Shown piece after piece: positions 1-14,565 of a stretch of 64,000 nt of DNA. How positions within the stretch are numbered: the stretch's first letter is position 1; each line of letters begins with the position of its first letter. The position numbers and the translations under genes were made by a program. The notes beneath the pieces were generated by a model. That model did not search any database. It worked only from the letters and a program-made list of their open reading frames with translations, and had not been told where the DNA came from. The DNA lies in NCBI GenBank assembly GCA_951406725.2, contig OX597816.1, positions 126,976,001-127,040,000 on the forward strand, read 5' to 3'. The DNA comes from Octopus vulgaris. Lineage: Eukaryota.

Positions 1-91
1 TTCAAAGTTACTATCAACCTTCTCTTTGTAAAAGTTTGATCAACATATATATATATTAATATATTTATATATTAATATATTGATTATTATC

Positions 92-307
92 AAGGTGGTG
101 AGCTAGCAGAACTGTTAGCAAGTTGGACAAAATGCCTAGTGACATTTCATTTGTCTTTTCATTCTGAGTTCAGATTCTGCTGAGGTTGACTTTACATTTC
201 ATCTTTTCAGGGTTGATAAAATAAGTACCAGTTGATCACTAGGGTTGATGTAATCAACTTGCACCATTCCCTGAAATTGTTGGCCATGCATCTAAAATTG
301 AAACCAA
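92..307 (+). mobile_element. tRNA-derived SINE (family A), degraded copy
   Basis: Head ggtggtgagctagcagaa (A-box-like) and ttctgagttcagattc (B-box-like), then the family core tttcatcttttcagggttgataaaataagtaccag, which recurs in at least 7 other copies in the window. Confidence 0.8.
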
Positions 308-724
308 TATATTAATTACATATATATATATTTATATACAGAAAACAAAGTTATATTTTTCCACATGGGTAGAAATATAGAAAAAGTTGAAAGTGCATTT
401 TCAACAACTTCTTTTATGTATGTGTGTATATCTCTGTGTGTTCATGCATGTCTGTGTGTGCATTAAGATATATATATATGCATACACACACACCACAAAT
501 ATATATACACACACTCACATGTTCACACATATAGAGAGAAATATATGAGTAGTAGTTACTAATGGATTCCTGTACATAATAGTAAACCAATTTGTAGAAT
601 AAAACAAAAATAACTCACTTATACAGGGTACAACAAATTCAACAACAAGTAAAAATACAAAAAAAACTACATGTTATAAGAATAGATGAATATATCATAA
701 AGACATGATTATCATATCTAATCA

Positions 725-1200
725 CGTATAAGCCACCAGGATTAAAAACTTTCTCATCAGTGTGAATCTGCAAATCCTGCATATCAGAGAATATACATGT
801 GATAGCTAGTGTAATATCTCAACTTTAATGCAAGCAAAAAAGCTCCAAACTTAAGGATTACATTAAGTATGCAAGTGAGATACTTTGCTGCTGGTTGAGG
901 CAACTTTCATTACAAGAGCTTTCACAGTGTGCAGAACAGAAAACAGAACTAGAAAGAAAACCATTTGTTGATAAAATTGTGAGCCTTCATAGAATTTTAC
1001 AAAAAGCTAAGATGATTAACCAAGGAAGCCTTTCAATAACTAATTACAAGCTAAAATATCCATGTACTTGTATAGCATACATAACCTCAACTATGAAGTT
1101 TTCTGAAGTTTATTGATTAAGCAACTTTAAAATCAGTGAGGATGAATTTACCATCATTCCCATTATCCAATGATTCCAACTACAAATCAAGGTAACAACA
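725..1200 (+). pseudogene. Possible highly decayed Penelope-like GIY-YIG endonuclease remnant
   Basis: Broken frames give PP-IKNFLI, C-SC, TC-S-VI-L-CK and F-TIIP patterns resembling the PLE linker/GIY-YIG region. Many stops; judged by eye only. Confidence 0.3.
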
Positions 1201-1661
1201 TGCTGTTGTCATCATTTTATTCTAAAGACAAAGCAACTGTGAAGATGTTGAAACATGAATGAACAATGGGATATCATTGTTTCAGAGTATACATACAGGA
1301 CTAACTAGAAAATATGAAAATATCTTTAATAATAATATTGACAAAGAAAAAAAATTTTGAAGTTCAACGTAGTTGTATTTTGAAAGTAGAATGTTTGAAA
1401 GAAAAACTTCCATATACTTTATTATTCAATTCCTTCTTCATTTTATGTCTGTTTTCCTATGCGACCATGTGCCGCATGAATATTTATAATTGAGATAGTA
1501 TTTTACAACCAGATGCCCTTCTTATTACTAACCCTCATCTGTCCTCTAAACTGCTTGGCCAACAGACCACCTAGTATTCCAACATAGTGAAGTGAAGTAC
1601 TGAGTGTCAATGCAGTTGAAATCAAGAAGATCCAGTCAATGTAATTATTTCATAAGGGGTA

Positions 1662-2138
1662 TATACACCAGAAAATGTCAGTCAGTATAAGAGGTGAATA
1701 TATTTATTTAACTATTTAACATCCTTAGGATTACAGCCATTTTACAGCTTTCTTTATATAGTAATAATTTTTGAGTGAAATACATGATGTTTACATGTTT
1801 GCATTAATATGCATGCTACACATTATATAATACAATTTGTATATTTACAAATCAATGCAAATAAAAAAAGCTAGTTCATCAGACCGCCAGAACTGAGTTG
1901 AATCATTGGTGTAACCATGATGTTCTAGTGATCAAATGAGCTAGCTTTCTTTATTTGTAATGATTTGTGAATATACAGCTGTGTATATTAATGCAAACAT
2001 GTAAACATAATTTCTTCCACCCTGAAATTATTACTACATAAAGAAAGCTGCAAAATGGCTGTCAATTTGTTAAAAGGCTGTCAACTGGTTAAATAAACAT
2101 AGTCACCTATCATACCTCCTGACTTTTTCTAGTTCATA
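1662..2138. mobile_element. Fold-back / long-TIR non-autonomous element (MITE-like)
   Basis: Arms of about 200 bp are reverse complements, e.g. cagccattttacagctttctttatatagtaataattt vs aaattattactacataaagaaagctgcaaaatggctg, and tgtttacatgtttgcattaatat vs atattaatgcaaacatgtaaaca. Spacer about 55 bp; TA-rich ends. Confidence 0.8.
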
Positions 2139-2265
2139 GATATATATTTATGTGTATGTTTATGTGTACATATTACTGTCTCCTTGACATCATGTGATAG
2201 TTGGAAGTGAATGAATGTCACCATTATGTAAATAGTGTTCTTCACTACGAGCTTCTAGGAAAATA

Positions 2266-2474
2266 CAAGGGGGTGCTGAAAAGTTCCTGGCTTTAAGGAT
2301 ATTGTGAAAGGCCTGGTTGGAAGCCCAACATTCCAAGTTCTTTTACAAGGCTTAAAAAAAATGAAGGACCACTGCAATAAGTATGTGAATCCAAGAGGGG
2401 AATAGGTGGAATAAAATCATAATTAACTGTATTTTCTTTTAGCGAAATCCAGGAACTTTTCAGTACCCACCTTG
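2266..2474 (+). mobile_element. Internally deleted mariner derivative (MITE)
   Basis: TA|caagggggtgctgaaaagttcctgg ... ccaggaacttttcagtacccaccttg|TA. The interior encodes a decayed mariner C-terminus (WLEAQ..FFY.GLKK..D.CNK.V..RGE.VE*). It is nested in an older SINE (about 2140-2615). Confidence 0.85.
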
Positions 2475-3999
2475 TATATCTGGTAATGGGAGATATTATC
2501 TTACAAATAGGTTAGAAACAGCAACCAGATGTAGAAAATACATCTCAAGAAATTTCATCCAACCCATGCAAGCATGGAAAGTAGACATTAAACAGTGATG
2601 AGGATGATGCTGATATACTTTCTCACACACACTCATACATGGAGTATGGTGCAGTTTTTTGGTTCTGTCAGGTCATGTTAAATCATCCAACCCATACCAG
2701 CATGGAAAAGGGACGTTAGCTGGTGATATATGTATGTATGTATGTGTGTATGAATGTATTTTTAGTAAACAGCCTAAATAATACTTTGAAGCACTTAATT
2801 TGTGTGAATTTGGTTTGGTTCATCTCTTGATATTTACTCTCTCAGTATACATTTGAATGGAAATAGGTTTAAGATATGATCATATAGTTTTTGTTTTTCT
2901 GTGAGAATTTTGCATTAAAATCAAAATTTGACAAGTAACACATCCAGCAACAGAATTATCCTGATTTTGAAATGGCTTGATATCTTAGCATGACATGCAT
3001 TTTCTCATTTCTCTGTTTTGGGTTAATATAGAAATTCTATAATGTCATAAATTGAATTGTAAAGTAAGTAACCACTAACCTATTTCTAGTGTGCAAAGAT
3101 TAAATTGTTACATTATTGGTGCTGCCAGTGTCTGTTACTTACTCTGATATACTGAATAGGTAATGTTTTGCAGTAAAAAATCCAATGTCCTCATGATCAT
3201 CAAAAAGCGAATATATATGTTTCCAATAATATTTGTAAACTTCACAGATTCCTATATTTCTTTTCACATGCAATAGTTGCAGGGCTATATTGGTCTTCAG
3301 ATGATATTCATTTTCATATACAAATCTATTCTTTACTGCTTCTACATCTAGTACAGTTGACTCATTCTAAGTGCAAAGATTAGACAATATCTATGAAAAA
3401 GCCACATGCAGTTGACTTATTTTCATGCATAAATTTTGCAAATGGATGATATAAATTTACTAATTAATTTTTGTCCTGTTTTTGGCTTCTTTTCTTCTGA
3501 AGTTGTTAACTTTATGCCATAAATACCTCACCCTATTCCAGGTATTTGCTTCTCTTCCTTTTGTCATTTATACATTAATTTACATATTACACTCTTTATT
3601 AAACATTTTATTGACTGTTTTATCTTCAGGCATATATCCTTATATCCATCTGGAAACTGCTTAACAACTATCACCTCACACTGCTTCCAATGAATTCTCA
3701 TGATTATTTTAAATACTTATTTTAAATGCTTAATTTAAATGTCAAACCAAACCAAACTCCCTTCTTTGTAAGACAACAACAAGTGAAATTTTTAATTAAA
3801 TGTCGATCACTATACCTTGTTATTTATCAATCAAGAGAAGACTGTTAATACAGAAAAGGAACACATAAAATTTTGATACAGTGTACATAGTGTAAACTAA
3901 ATGTTCACAAGAAGTACAATGGAATCATAGACAGTCTGACAGCAAAAAAAAAATTTAATATGCACAGAAGTAGTTAACAGTAAAACTGCACAGAGAGCA

Positions 4000-4480
4000 A
4001 ATTCTTTTAAATGACTGGACCTTATTAGTAGTGGAGATGAGTGCTTTAAAGGCATAGTAGCAAGATTAAGGACAGGTCAAGGGAATACTCATTCAGAGTG
4101 AAGGGTAGATTGTATATAATGCATTTATAGATTGGCATTTGATGTGCAATGTCTCATAGGTAATGAAATATGAGCATTGGATGTAGGGTATATACAACAG
4201 TTGGAAAGAAATGAAGCAAGCATTCTTTAGTGGCTGTGTAATGTTTGTGTGTATGAACAATGCAACACAAATGAGTTGAGAGAAAAACTAATTATAAGAA
4301 GACTTGGATATAGTGTACAAGTGCATAGACTGTACTAGCTCTAATATGGAATGCAAACAGAGGATGATACTTGGGTAAAGAGAAACACCAAATGATCAAA
4401 TATGAATGAACCTACAGTAAAGAAAGGTCAAAGATGACATGGTATAAGTGGTGAATGCTGATCTCAGGTTGCTGAATTTC
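4000..4480 (+). mobile_element. Decayed RTE-clade LINE 3' remnant
   Basis: Fragments translate as S-RVKGRLY..., LERNEASIL-WLCN and ELREKL, typical of the RTE post-RT region. Many stops. Confidence 0.5.
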
Positions 4481-4775
4481 ATAAATTTCTCTTTCGAGAA
4501 TCAAATCTAAGTGCCTTACTGTTCTACTGTTTTCACTCATATCTCATGATATATCTCTAAGCTATTTCTTCAGTCTTTACTAATAATGCTTCTGAAATCT
4601 CATCACTTCATCAGTTAAATTTACTTCAGTTTGATATAAGTTCCTTAGTTTAAAGAAGATAATTGTAGGGATGATTCTAATTGGTAGTTCATAGTCATTT
4701 ATTACTGATACATGTAATGCAGGAATATAGTTTACCTTTTGAATTTAACGAATACTAAAACCAGTAGGTATTTAA

Positions 4776-4986
4776 CCCTTTTCATACCAACCTGCCTGGC
4801 ACTGTAGTACAAATGTCTTGTTTTCAAAAGTTCTGAATTAAAAACTTCCACCAAACCTTAGTCACAATTTATGTTCCTAACACTAGCTTAATTGATAACT
4901 GAGTTACTCTACTAAATTCTTTGTTACATTTAAAATTAATTGAAAGACACACAGAGCATCTCAACAGAAATATGGTAAGAAATGGG
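4776..4986. mobile_element. piggyBac-type MITE
   Basis: TTAA at 4772-4775 and 4987-4990. 14-bp TIRs cccttttcatacca / tggtaagaaatggg (2 mismatches) with CCC...GGG ends. Confidence 0.8.
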
Positions 4987-6551
4987 TTAATATCTAAAGA
5001 TAGGAGGTTATTTTCTTAAAAGAATGAAGTCTTTGTGATTTGTTAATGTTGGCAGTAAACCTGTACTACAGAAATACCTATGCTCGAAAATAATAGCAGC
5101 TGCTTTGACTCTTCAACTTAAGAGTTTGAGAAGTGTCCTAAACAATGGTAAATGTAAATAAATCAGACAACTAAATATCAAACTTGATTCTGTTGCCATT
5201 CATTTGAAGTGCTTCAGATCATTAACCAGAATGTACTAAGAGACTGATAAATACTGCTGAAAATTTAACCCAAAGCTTAATGTTTCCATCATGTTAGTTA
5301 TGTCTGATGACAAGTTTCTCCAAAGTGTCTCTGCCAAATGAAAATAATTTAATGTGCCAATCAGTACAATCTATCAACTATTTTTGGCAAGGATAAATTT
5401 TATTTTGGCTATATTACAACATTTTATTTTAAAAAATACAGATAAAATAATTTTTGAAATAAAATTCTTGAACTATTACCATATATTCTTTGGAAATACA
5501 TAGAAAGCTATTAAGTTATACTTTTATTCTTATTTTTGCCTTAAAGAAGACATCATTTGACAAAATTGTATTTCTTCTGCAAATTCAATATAAGTTTTTA
5601 GTTCTTGTTATTAAAATTTTTCTAATTATATATCTTAATTATATCATTATCAATCTCATACAAGTTTCTTAAATATATGTTAAAAAGAGGCTTAGCAAAA
5701 GAACCTTCAGGATGTAGTTCATTATCTGAAATTAACAATTTCTTTAAGCCATCAAAATAAATTAGAAATAAACAGTGCAAAAATATTTCATTGAGGAATG
5801 TTTACCATGAACTGAGTTACAAAATCATATGTACTAGAAAAGTGTAGTAAAATTATTGTTGACATTTTCAACAGCACTCAACAGATTTATAAAACAAAAG
5901 TGGATAAAAAAATAAGGAGCTTTCACTTTTATTCACTTTTGCATTTGCTTTATATTTCTGTGCAGCACTATTTAAAATATGTAAATACTTATGTACTATG
6001 TACCATTCAATCTTGATTAATCCATCACTAAAAGTAAGTAAAATCTCAAATTGAATTGTAGAAATACTATTAAGAAAGTTTACAACCCCTTCTGTTTGGA
6101 CAGACGTAATGAATTTAAGAGATTTGATAGCAATCCTAGAGGATGTCTTAATGGACATGTAATAACTCTTTTCCTTAACCTATCAATAAAGTAGTTATGA
6201 CTAATAAGAAGAAATAAATGCTTGAATTCTAAAGAAAAGAGTTCATTCATATTTCAGTTTCTAATAATAATTTAATTTATTATAATACATCTATACATCT
6301 GTGATTAAATCTTTTGGTTCACATAACCTGCATTGTGCTAGATTTTATGTGTGTATATACTCCAATGGAATTCCAACTATTATTCTCTCTAATCTCTTCT
6401 AAAATTGACTTTATTAAGAATGTGAATTCCAATAATTTGAATAATTTTTTTAATTATCAAATTCAACAAAAACACAATTCTTTAATATAGCTATTTGTTA
6501 CAAGCTTTTGAATGAACAAGCTAAACTACCATTTAATATGTAGGATTTATA

Positions 6552-6747
6552 AGGTGGCGAGCTGGCAGAAATGTTAGCATGCTGGGTGAAATGCTTAGTG
6601 GTATTTTGTTTGTCTTTACGTTCTGAGTTCAAACTCTGCAGAGGTTGACTTTCCCATTCATCCTTTCGGGGGTCAATAAAATGAATACCAGTTGAATTCT
6701 AGGGTGGATGTAAATGACTTATCCCCACTTCCACAAAATTGCTGGTA
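6552..6747 (+). mobile_element. tRNA-derived SINE (family A)
   Basis: ggtggcgagctggcagaaatgttagc...ttctgagttcaaa...ttcatcctttcgggggtcaataaaatgaataccag. Confidence 0.85.
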
Positions 6748-8726
6748 AAATCAATATTTACGATGTGTTCTTACTAATTAAAATATATTTTCACAGCTTC
6801 CTCAGTTTAATAAACTTGAGAAATATTATAATCCAAAATGGGAAATTAAACGTATGAGTATATGTGTTGGAAGAACACAAATGTAGGATTAAAGTGCTAT
6901 TGTAGTCAATAACTGTATGGGACTTTAGTCATACTCCAGTCATTATTAGATGCTCCTTATCAAGCTGTATTACACTGTTTGCTTCGTTAGTCTTTTTACT
7001 TGATATTTGTACTATTATTTAGATGAAAGGGCATCTAGTTATTATAGTTTCATCATTATTATTCAAATGTTCAAATATTAGTTTATCCACGGCATTTAAA
7101 AAAAATTTGTTTAATTTATTAAATAAGTGTTTGAAATAAGAAAAGCTACTAATTTCACTCTGCAAATTTCCTGTTCACATGACTTCAATGACTCAGAGCA
7201 TTTAATTATATTTTCACCCTTCATGGCGATTTCTTTGGCAATATTATTTCAGCCTGTATTTTTTTTTATTTTTAATTCATCAGTCTTCATAAATTCATAG
7301 TAAACATTGCAAACATTACAGAACTTCATTCCTTCTTTTTATATTTTTATATTTCCATCAATAGAAACTTCCAATATTTTAAGGGTTTGTATTAATCATA
7401 TCTTCTCACAATGTTCTCTTTCCATACATTGTGTGTGTGTGGTTTGTGTTTAAAACCACCAGTTCATCCCTGTGTGAATGTTAAGAGTAAAAAGTAAGTT
7501 CTCAAAATTGATTTTTCTTCCTACTTTGATGCCTATTAAAAACACAATTTAGTATTTTCAATATTTGTATTTATAACCAATGAGTTATGTTATAACCATA
7601 AAAGAATATTACAAATGGTCTGGAAAGTTTTAGGGATTTTATATAATGTCTATTTTTGTGTTGCTTTTTATGCAGCTAAAATAATAACCTCTTCAACTGA
7701 AAATAGTGAGTTGTTTTATACCCGCTAAGCTAACTTGTCAACAGTAAATCAATGCAATAAAAGCAAAGCTAACCGACTTCGGTTCACAACTTGCTAAATT
7801 ACACACTCTTAAAAGGAGATTTATTAATCATAATGTTGTTCATTCTTCTAATTTATTAATTGTCTCTGGTTTTAAAAGAAATATTATAGAAGATATGTTA
7901 TATAAGTATCTATTTTGAACAATGCTAAACCATTTTATATCATCTATTTTCAGTTCAAAATTGCTATAGCTCTTTTATAAGAAATATAGCCATACTAAAG
8001 AAAGGGAAACCTGATTAATAATGATTCTTTGAAACATTAAACTTTGATAAATTACAGCAGAGATAAAAAAAAACAAAACTATTTTTAATCTTTTCAATGT
8101 TATTGATAGTAAATTACAGTATAGAATAAATATGATGTGCTTCAGCATGATGCTATAGCACTCAGACAAAGAACTACTGAATCCATAGACATTGGGTAGA
8201 GTCCAAATCTGAAAATTTCAAATATTCATGCTTTAAGGTTTATGTATGCACAAAGAGAACTGTCCTTTTGTGAAATAACTTGTCTTTCTACCCTTCATTA
8301 AATATCTTTACATTTTTCATGCTCGCTACATTGTAATGCCACGACAATTTATAGATGGAAATATGATGGAAGAAATATTAATCTAATCCTATTCTAAAAT
8401 GATTTATTCTTCTCCTCATATGGTAATTAAACATTTCAAATTGAAGAATAAAATAAGATTATATCATGTTTTATATAAGTTAGGATTTATGTAGCTTATG
8501 ATTCATTGTATGAAAATGACAATAGTGAGCTTTTACCAAGCTTGAACAGTCTTTTAAGTGTAATATGATTTACACAAAATGTAGCAGAATTATAATTAGT
8601 GACAATAGCATACTTTAATTTATTTAACTAAGTGGCATGCTAGTTTAAAATAAATGGTGAAAAAGTTCTACGCATTTTATGTTAAACTAGACAAAATATT
8701 ATATTTTATTATTTAATGAAACATTT

Positions 8727-9045
8727 TTTTAAAGAAATTTTTTCGCCCTTTTCAAGCCTAGCCAGGTTCATGGGCCTGGTTTCCCGGTTTCTGTGGCATA
8801 TGTGTTCCCTCCAGCTGGATAGGATGCCAGTCCATCGTAGCATTACTCAAGAAACACGAAGAGAGAGTGAGAGAAAGTTGTGGTGAAAGAGTACAACAAG
8901 GGTCGCCACCACCACCTGCTGGAGCCTCGTGGAGCTTTTAGGTGTTTTCGCTTAATAAACACACACAATGCCTGGTCTGGGAATCAAAACCGCGATCCTC
9001 CGACCACGAGTCCACTGCTCTAACCACTGGGCCATTGCGCCTCCC
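8727..9045 (-). mobile_element. Full-length tRNA-derived SINE (family B) with 12-bp TSD
   Basis: Minus strand starts gggaggcgcaatggcccagtggttagagc (A box) ... ggttttgattccc (B box). Perfect TSD aatgaaacattt at 8715-8726 and 9046-9057. Confidence 0.9.
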
Positions 9046-9563
9046 AATGAAACATTTAATATATAGTATTTAGAAGAGGAGAAAGAGATTGGGGTAGATG
9101 TATGAAAAGGGTCTGGATGGGATGATATACAAACAGTTGGTTCAGATAAACTGAGGCAGTTATAGCCAGTGGTGCTAGAAGAGACTGAGAAAATAAACAG
9201 TGGTTTAGTGGACTAGAAGTTGAAGCCTGTTAGTGAGTGAATTGTTGCAGATTAGTCAGATGACTTTTATGCCAACAAAACTACCTTTGGAAAGCAAAAG
9301 ATTTTTCATACAATGCACAAATTAAAAATTTTCACACCTTCCAAACTGCACCTGAATCTTCTGATATCTTATAAAGAGGTCCTATGGTAACTTAGTAAAA
9401 TTCTATTGCCACTCCTCAACCAAAATAGCCCTTAATGCAGCATTTCTGTTGATATTGTCACTATGGTTACTAACTACACTTCTGGTTTTATCACTTGTGG
9501 ATGCAGGAATGATCTAGTGGTTACGAAAATCACTACACAATCATGTAGTCCCAAGTTCAATCC

Positions 9564-9830
9564 CATCATCATCATATAATGTCCATTCCCCATGCTAGCA
9601 TGAGTTGGACAGTCTGACCAGAGATGACAAGCTGGGGACCGGCACCAGATTCAAGTCTGATTTGGCATGGTTTCTATGGATGGATGCCCTTTCTAAAACC
9701 AGTCACTTTACAGGGTGTGCTGGGTGCTTTTACATGGCACTGCATGGGAGCTTTTATGCGGCACTGCACAAGCACTTTTAAGTGGCACTGCACAGGCCCT
9801 GCATGGAATCTTGAGCAAATATTTTTACCA
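9564..9830 (-). mobile_element. SINE-like repeat with (ATG)n tail (family C)
   Basis: catcatcat...ccatgctagcatgagttggac...ggatgccctt..., with internal tandem gcttttaygtggcactgca. Same family as 52363, 61642 and 11963. Confidence 0.7.
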
Positions 9831-10684
9831 TGACTTCAGGTTGAGCTAAGCTTTGTAAGTGAAGCTGAGGAGATGAAAACTGTGTGAAAGCCTATTGCAT
9901 GGATTGAACCTGTAATTCAAAAGTCCTCAAATGTTACGTATCATGTTATTGTAATTTAGATTCTTTAAGGGCACATGTATCAGTGGGGTACCCAATAATT
10001 TAAAAGTCTAACATTGAGTTGATCAACAAACTGTATGTTCATCATGAAAACCAGTAGGGAATCTATCATATTTAAATGAAAGCCTCACTGATGGGAAGGA
10101 CGTTTTAACAATAATAAACAATAAAAATAAAAGCTGTATTTAATTTTGTCTCTCAATGTTTGGAGTTCAAATAATGCTGGGTTGTAAAATGAGAATCAAT
10201 AACAAATAAAAGTCAATTTAATTAACAATTTCTCTTCAAATTTTGGTTCTCTGTTTTGTAGAGAAGTCATGTAAAAGTCTTTCAAATTTTAATGGATTAT
10301 TATAAAGCCAGGGTAGTCATCAAAAGCTGCTCAAATTACTAGTAGATAATTTATAAAATGAACTATTAAAACATGTATCCTGATGAATATAACATAGTAA
10401 ATTAAGTAAGTATTCAGATATAGACTTTCAGATATAAATGCTTTATCTTCATACTTCTCAGCTATAAAATATGTGTGTTTAAAAGCACATTAACAAAATT
10501 TTACTGCTTATTTCTTAACAAAATTCTTTACTTCAATGAAAACAAAAAAATACTTCTCAAATACTTATATGTGGAAAATTTATTAAAAAAAATTTCTTAT
10601 GAACTTTTAAACTGATTTAAACCAATTATCTTTCAACTAACATATGTCAAGTTATTTGTAAAGTGAGTTAACTATGTTAGACAG

Positions 10685-10733
<49 letters not shown>

Positions 10734-11238
10734 TATAAAATGTGTAAGACAAAGTTGTACATTCTGATAGAAACTGACAGTTGAAAGGAAGAGAGATGGA
10801 AAGAGAGAGAGAGGGAGAAGATCACAAATATGGCTGTATAGTTAAAACGTTCACTTTGAAATTATAGGCTTCAAGTTCAATCATACAGTGTGACACTCTG
10901 GGCATCTACTACATTAGCCTCAGATCTATTAAATCTTTGTCGGTAAAACTTAGGTGGCAATTGTATGGAAACCTGTTAAAAGTATTGCTTTTATTCTCAG
11001 GCTGGAGATTTAATCTTCTGTCACCTAGTTTAGCATCACCTACTTGTTTGGTGCATGCAACAGAATCCATTGTGCTGCAACAATTTAGGCCAGGTCAATA
11101 GGCTAAAGATAATTTTCCACCCTTTCTCCCACAGTTTTGGGGTTTCTGAATAGTCATAGTTGTTGCCCTTCCTCCCTTAAGTTAATGAAATATAAAAAAG
11201 AAACAAGAAAATGAAAAAAATTAAATATCTAGCTATAA

Positions 11239-11460
11239 ATAATGATTTCAAATTTTGGCACAAGGTCAGAAATGTTGGAGAAAGATATAAGTTGATCACA
11301 TCAACTCCAGTACTCAACTGGTAATTATTTTAGTGACCCTGAAAGGATGAAAGCAAAGTTGACCTTGGTGGAATTTGAACTCAGAATGTAAGGATGGATG
11401 AAATGCTGCTAAGCTTTTTCCTTTTCTTAGCATGCTAATGATTCTGCCAGCTTGCCACCT
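11239..11460 (-). mobile_element. tRNA-derived SINE (family A) with 13-bp TSD
   Basis: Reverse complement of the family A consensus. Flanked by tatctagctataa (11226-11238) and tatctaactataa (11461-11473). Confidence 0.85.
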
Positions 11461-11962
11461 TATCTAACTATAATATACACAGATAAAAATTTTGATTAGC
11501 TAAAAACATTTTTGGTCCGGTTGATGAAACATTTTTACTATTACCATTAATAATTTCTCTGAAACTCAAGTTGAGTTACAAATAAGAGATTCGTGATAAT
11601 TTTACGAATGCTATCAATCCTGACATACCATCTAATAGTCAGATTACTAGTACAATTATGACAACATATGAAGATGTAATAAAATATATCTTAGAGCTTT
11701 TAGCATTTGTTTTTCTATACCTGGATGCTCTTAATGTCACAAAACTCCACCTGTTTCCAAGCAAAGTAATATTTTCCTCAAGTCTATCAAACAAAGAGCA
11801 CAATTACTTGACATGTTTCCAAGGGAGATTTCAAATGAATATCACTGTTTGTATAGCAGTAATGCTCATTTACAACAACATGAACACCTGCAAATACACA
11901 TTAATACATGTATATCTGCCTGCCTGCCTGTCTGTCTACCTATCTATATTTGTTTATTTATT

Positions 11963-12170
11963 ATCATCAGCAACAGCATCATTTTACATTTGTTTTCTAT
12001 GCTGGTATGGATGGGATGGTCTTAACTGGTTGGAGGGCCTCATCTCCCTCTAAAGTCTCATTTTGGTACGATTATTATGAATGGATGCCCTTGGTAACAC
12101 CAACCACTTTACAGAGTGTATTGGGTGCATTTTTGTGGCACTAGCACTACAAGAGTTACTTTGTCATCAG
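11963..12170 (-). mobile_element. Degraded family C SINE-like repeat
   Basis: atgctggtatggatgg...ggatgcccttggtaacaccaaccactttacagagtgtattgggtgcatttttgtggcac. Confidence 0.55.
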
Positions 12171-14296
12171 CATGAATGAAAAGCCATCTCAATGATGTTC
12201 AAATCAATTATCAATCATTTTATTATTGCCTTGCAACTTACAAAGTGAAAGAGATTAGATTTATTTGGGGAAGATTGTACAGTGACAAACAAGACAAGAA
12301 ATATTTGGTATCAAGTTGTAATTCGGCATCAACTATAGAAACTGACCTACAATTTTTTTTAAAATGAGAAGCTGTTGTTATATTAACTCAGCCATTATTA
12401 TAGTATAATTGCAATAAATTCAATACCAGGCCTTTTCAGTTTTATGATTTTTGTAGATGGTTCTGGTTAAGATAGTCCAAGATTAATTTACCTATACATT
12501 TATGATAGAAGTCTCACTGGAAATTGTCAAGGATTTTGTTATCGATGTCTGCCAAATAAAAGGCTGGCTTCATCATGATTTAGTGAATATTTATGTACAT
12601 ATGTGGCTAGCTTTATTTGGCTTACTTTAAAGAGATAAGCAGATAAATGAACTCAAAATCATGAGTCATTTGACTCGTGATTTTGAGTTTGGATCCTCTA
12701 GCAAGTATTTATATCACTGAAAAATATTCACCATTATACTTTTCTGTTTAACTCACTACAACAGGTCTTCTTGGAAATTTTCTGGATATAAAAAGGCAAA
12801 AGTATACCATGATCTACTTAATGCAACAAAAATTAAATCTAGTTAATAACCTTTAATCCACAGTAGTTCGTTCAAGCTCAACAATTTTTCATACCTAGTT
12901 TGTGCCTTTTTCTTTGTAATTCCATTCTTTCTCTTTCAAAAATATACTTTTTGTTTTGATTTTGTTACACTACTTTAAATGAAGTTGATTACTTTATGTG
13001 AATTCAATTAGGTTCACAGATACTATATGTAGAAACTTTCTAAATAGATTTACTATAAGTTTAGAAAAATTGTACATTGTAAATATAGAATCACACTCTA
13101 ATGAAATATTGACATGTTTACTCACTTTTGGACAAAATGTTGTGAAGATATTCCAGTAGTTATAGTCACTCATAATTGCATAAGCATTATCTTCTGTACA
13201 AGGCTGATAGAATTTCCTTTTGTTATTTGTCAATCACTATTATATTTGCAGATATATTGGGGCATTTTGGCATGTTTTACTAAACTTAATAATATTGCTA
13301 TTAATTTGTCCATAAAAGTAACTTTTCTTTTTCTGATATGTCATATTAATCTCTTTCATTCAAACATAAATAAGTGTCAAGAGCAAAATTAATATTGATT
13401 GTGGCTAATTACATTACTGAGTTTCAGAAGAATTCAGTAAAACACCAACTCTGTATTTGAAATTGTTACATGTCCTTTGAGGAGGAGGAGGCAAAATACT
13501 TTAAAATTGCAACAGGTTACTTCAGTAGTATAATAGATGGAAATTTTTGTAAGATTAAATATTTAACACTGACAAATAGCTTTTAAATGTTAAATTTCTA
13601 AATATAGATTATATAAAGATAAGACAGAAAAGAGATATATATACTGTGTATGTATATATATATGTATGTATGTATGTATGTGTGCATATTGTATATGTAT
13701 GTATGTGTGTGTATTGTCATTTAAAGCTTAATACTACAAATCATTACTATCGTAGTATTTGCATGAAAACATTTTAAGAATGGTGTACATGTTACAAAAT
13801 CCACAAAATCAGGGTAAGGATATTGCAATAACACAATAACTTTGGAAGTGGAGAAATATTGTGATGGAAGTTGTTAAAATCTACTTGAGTAAGAAACTGG
13901 AGTAAGTAGTGAGTTTTGAGTAAATATTTCAGTACTGGTATTGAGTCCATTTTGCTTAATTGCAAATTCAATCCAATGGGTCTACATCATGTTTATGTGG
14001 GCAAAGTTACTGCATATGAACTGTGCACACTTATGTTTCCTTGTGTTTGGGTGTGTGTGTGTGTGTGTACATATTAGAACATTTATAGATAAAAGGTCTT
14101 ACAGCTGTTTCCATGATATTTATTAATTATATCCCTTCATCGGAGACAGTGTGAGAGGATGGTTAAGTAATAGTTAATTTAGATAGGATATATATATATA
14201 TATAAGTTCTGCAAAATTTAGATTCAAAAGAATATGGTACTTAAGTCAGAGGCACCAGAATTTTGTATGGTATTATTCATATAAATCCATGGGGTG

Positions 14297-14354
<58 letters not shown>

Positions 14355-14520
14355 TATACACACACATATATTTGTGTATGTGTGTATGCATGCACATACA
14401 CACACAAAGAAAGAACGAAAAAGAAAGAGAGAGCTGCATACATATACATGTGTGTTCACAATCTAAAGATGGATAACTGTTACTCAAAGAACTCAGTACA
14501 AGTTAAATAACACATATCAG

Positions 14521-14565
<45 letters not shown>

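Noticed and set aside
8960-9045. tRNA gene
   Set aside because: It is a tRNA-like SINE head with body, tail and TSD, and lacks a complete cloverleaf. The same applies to the other SINE heads.
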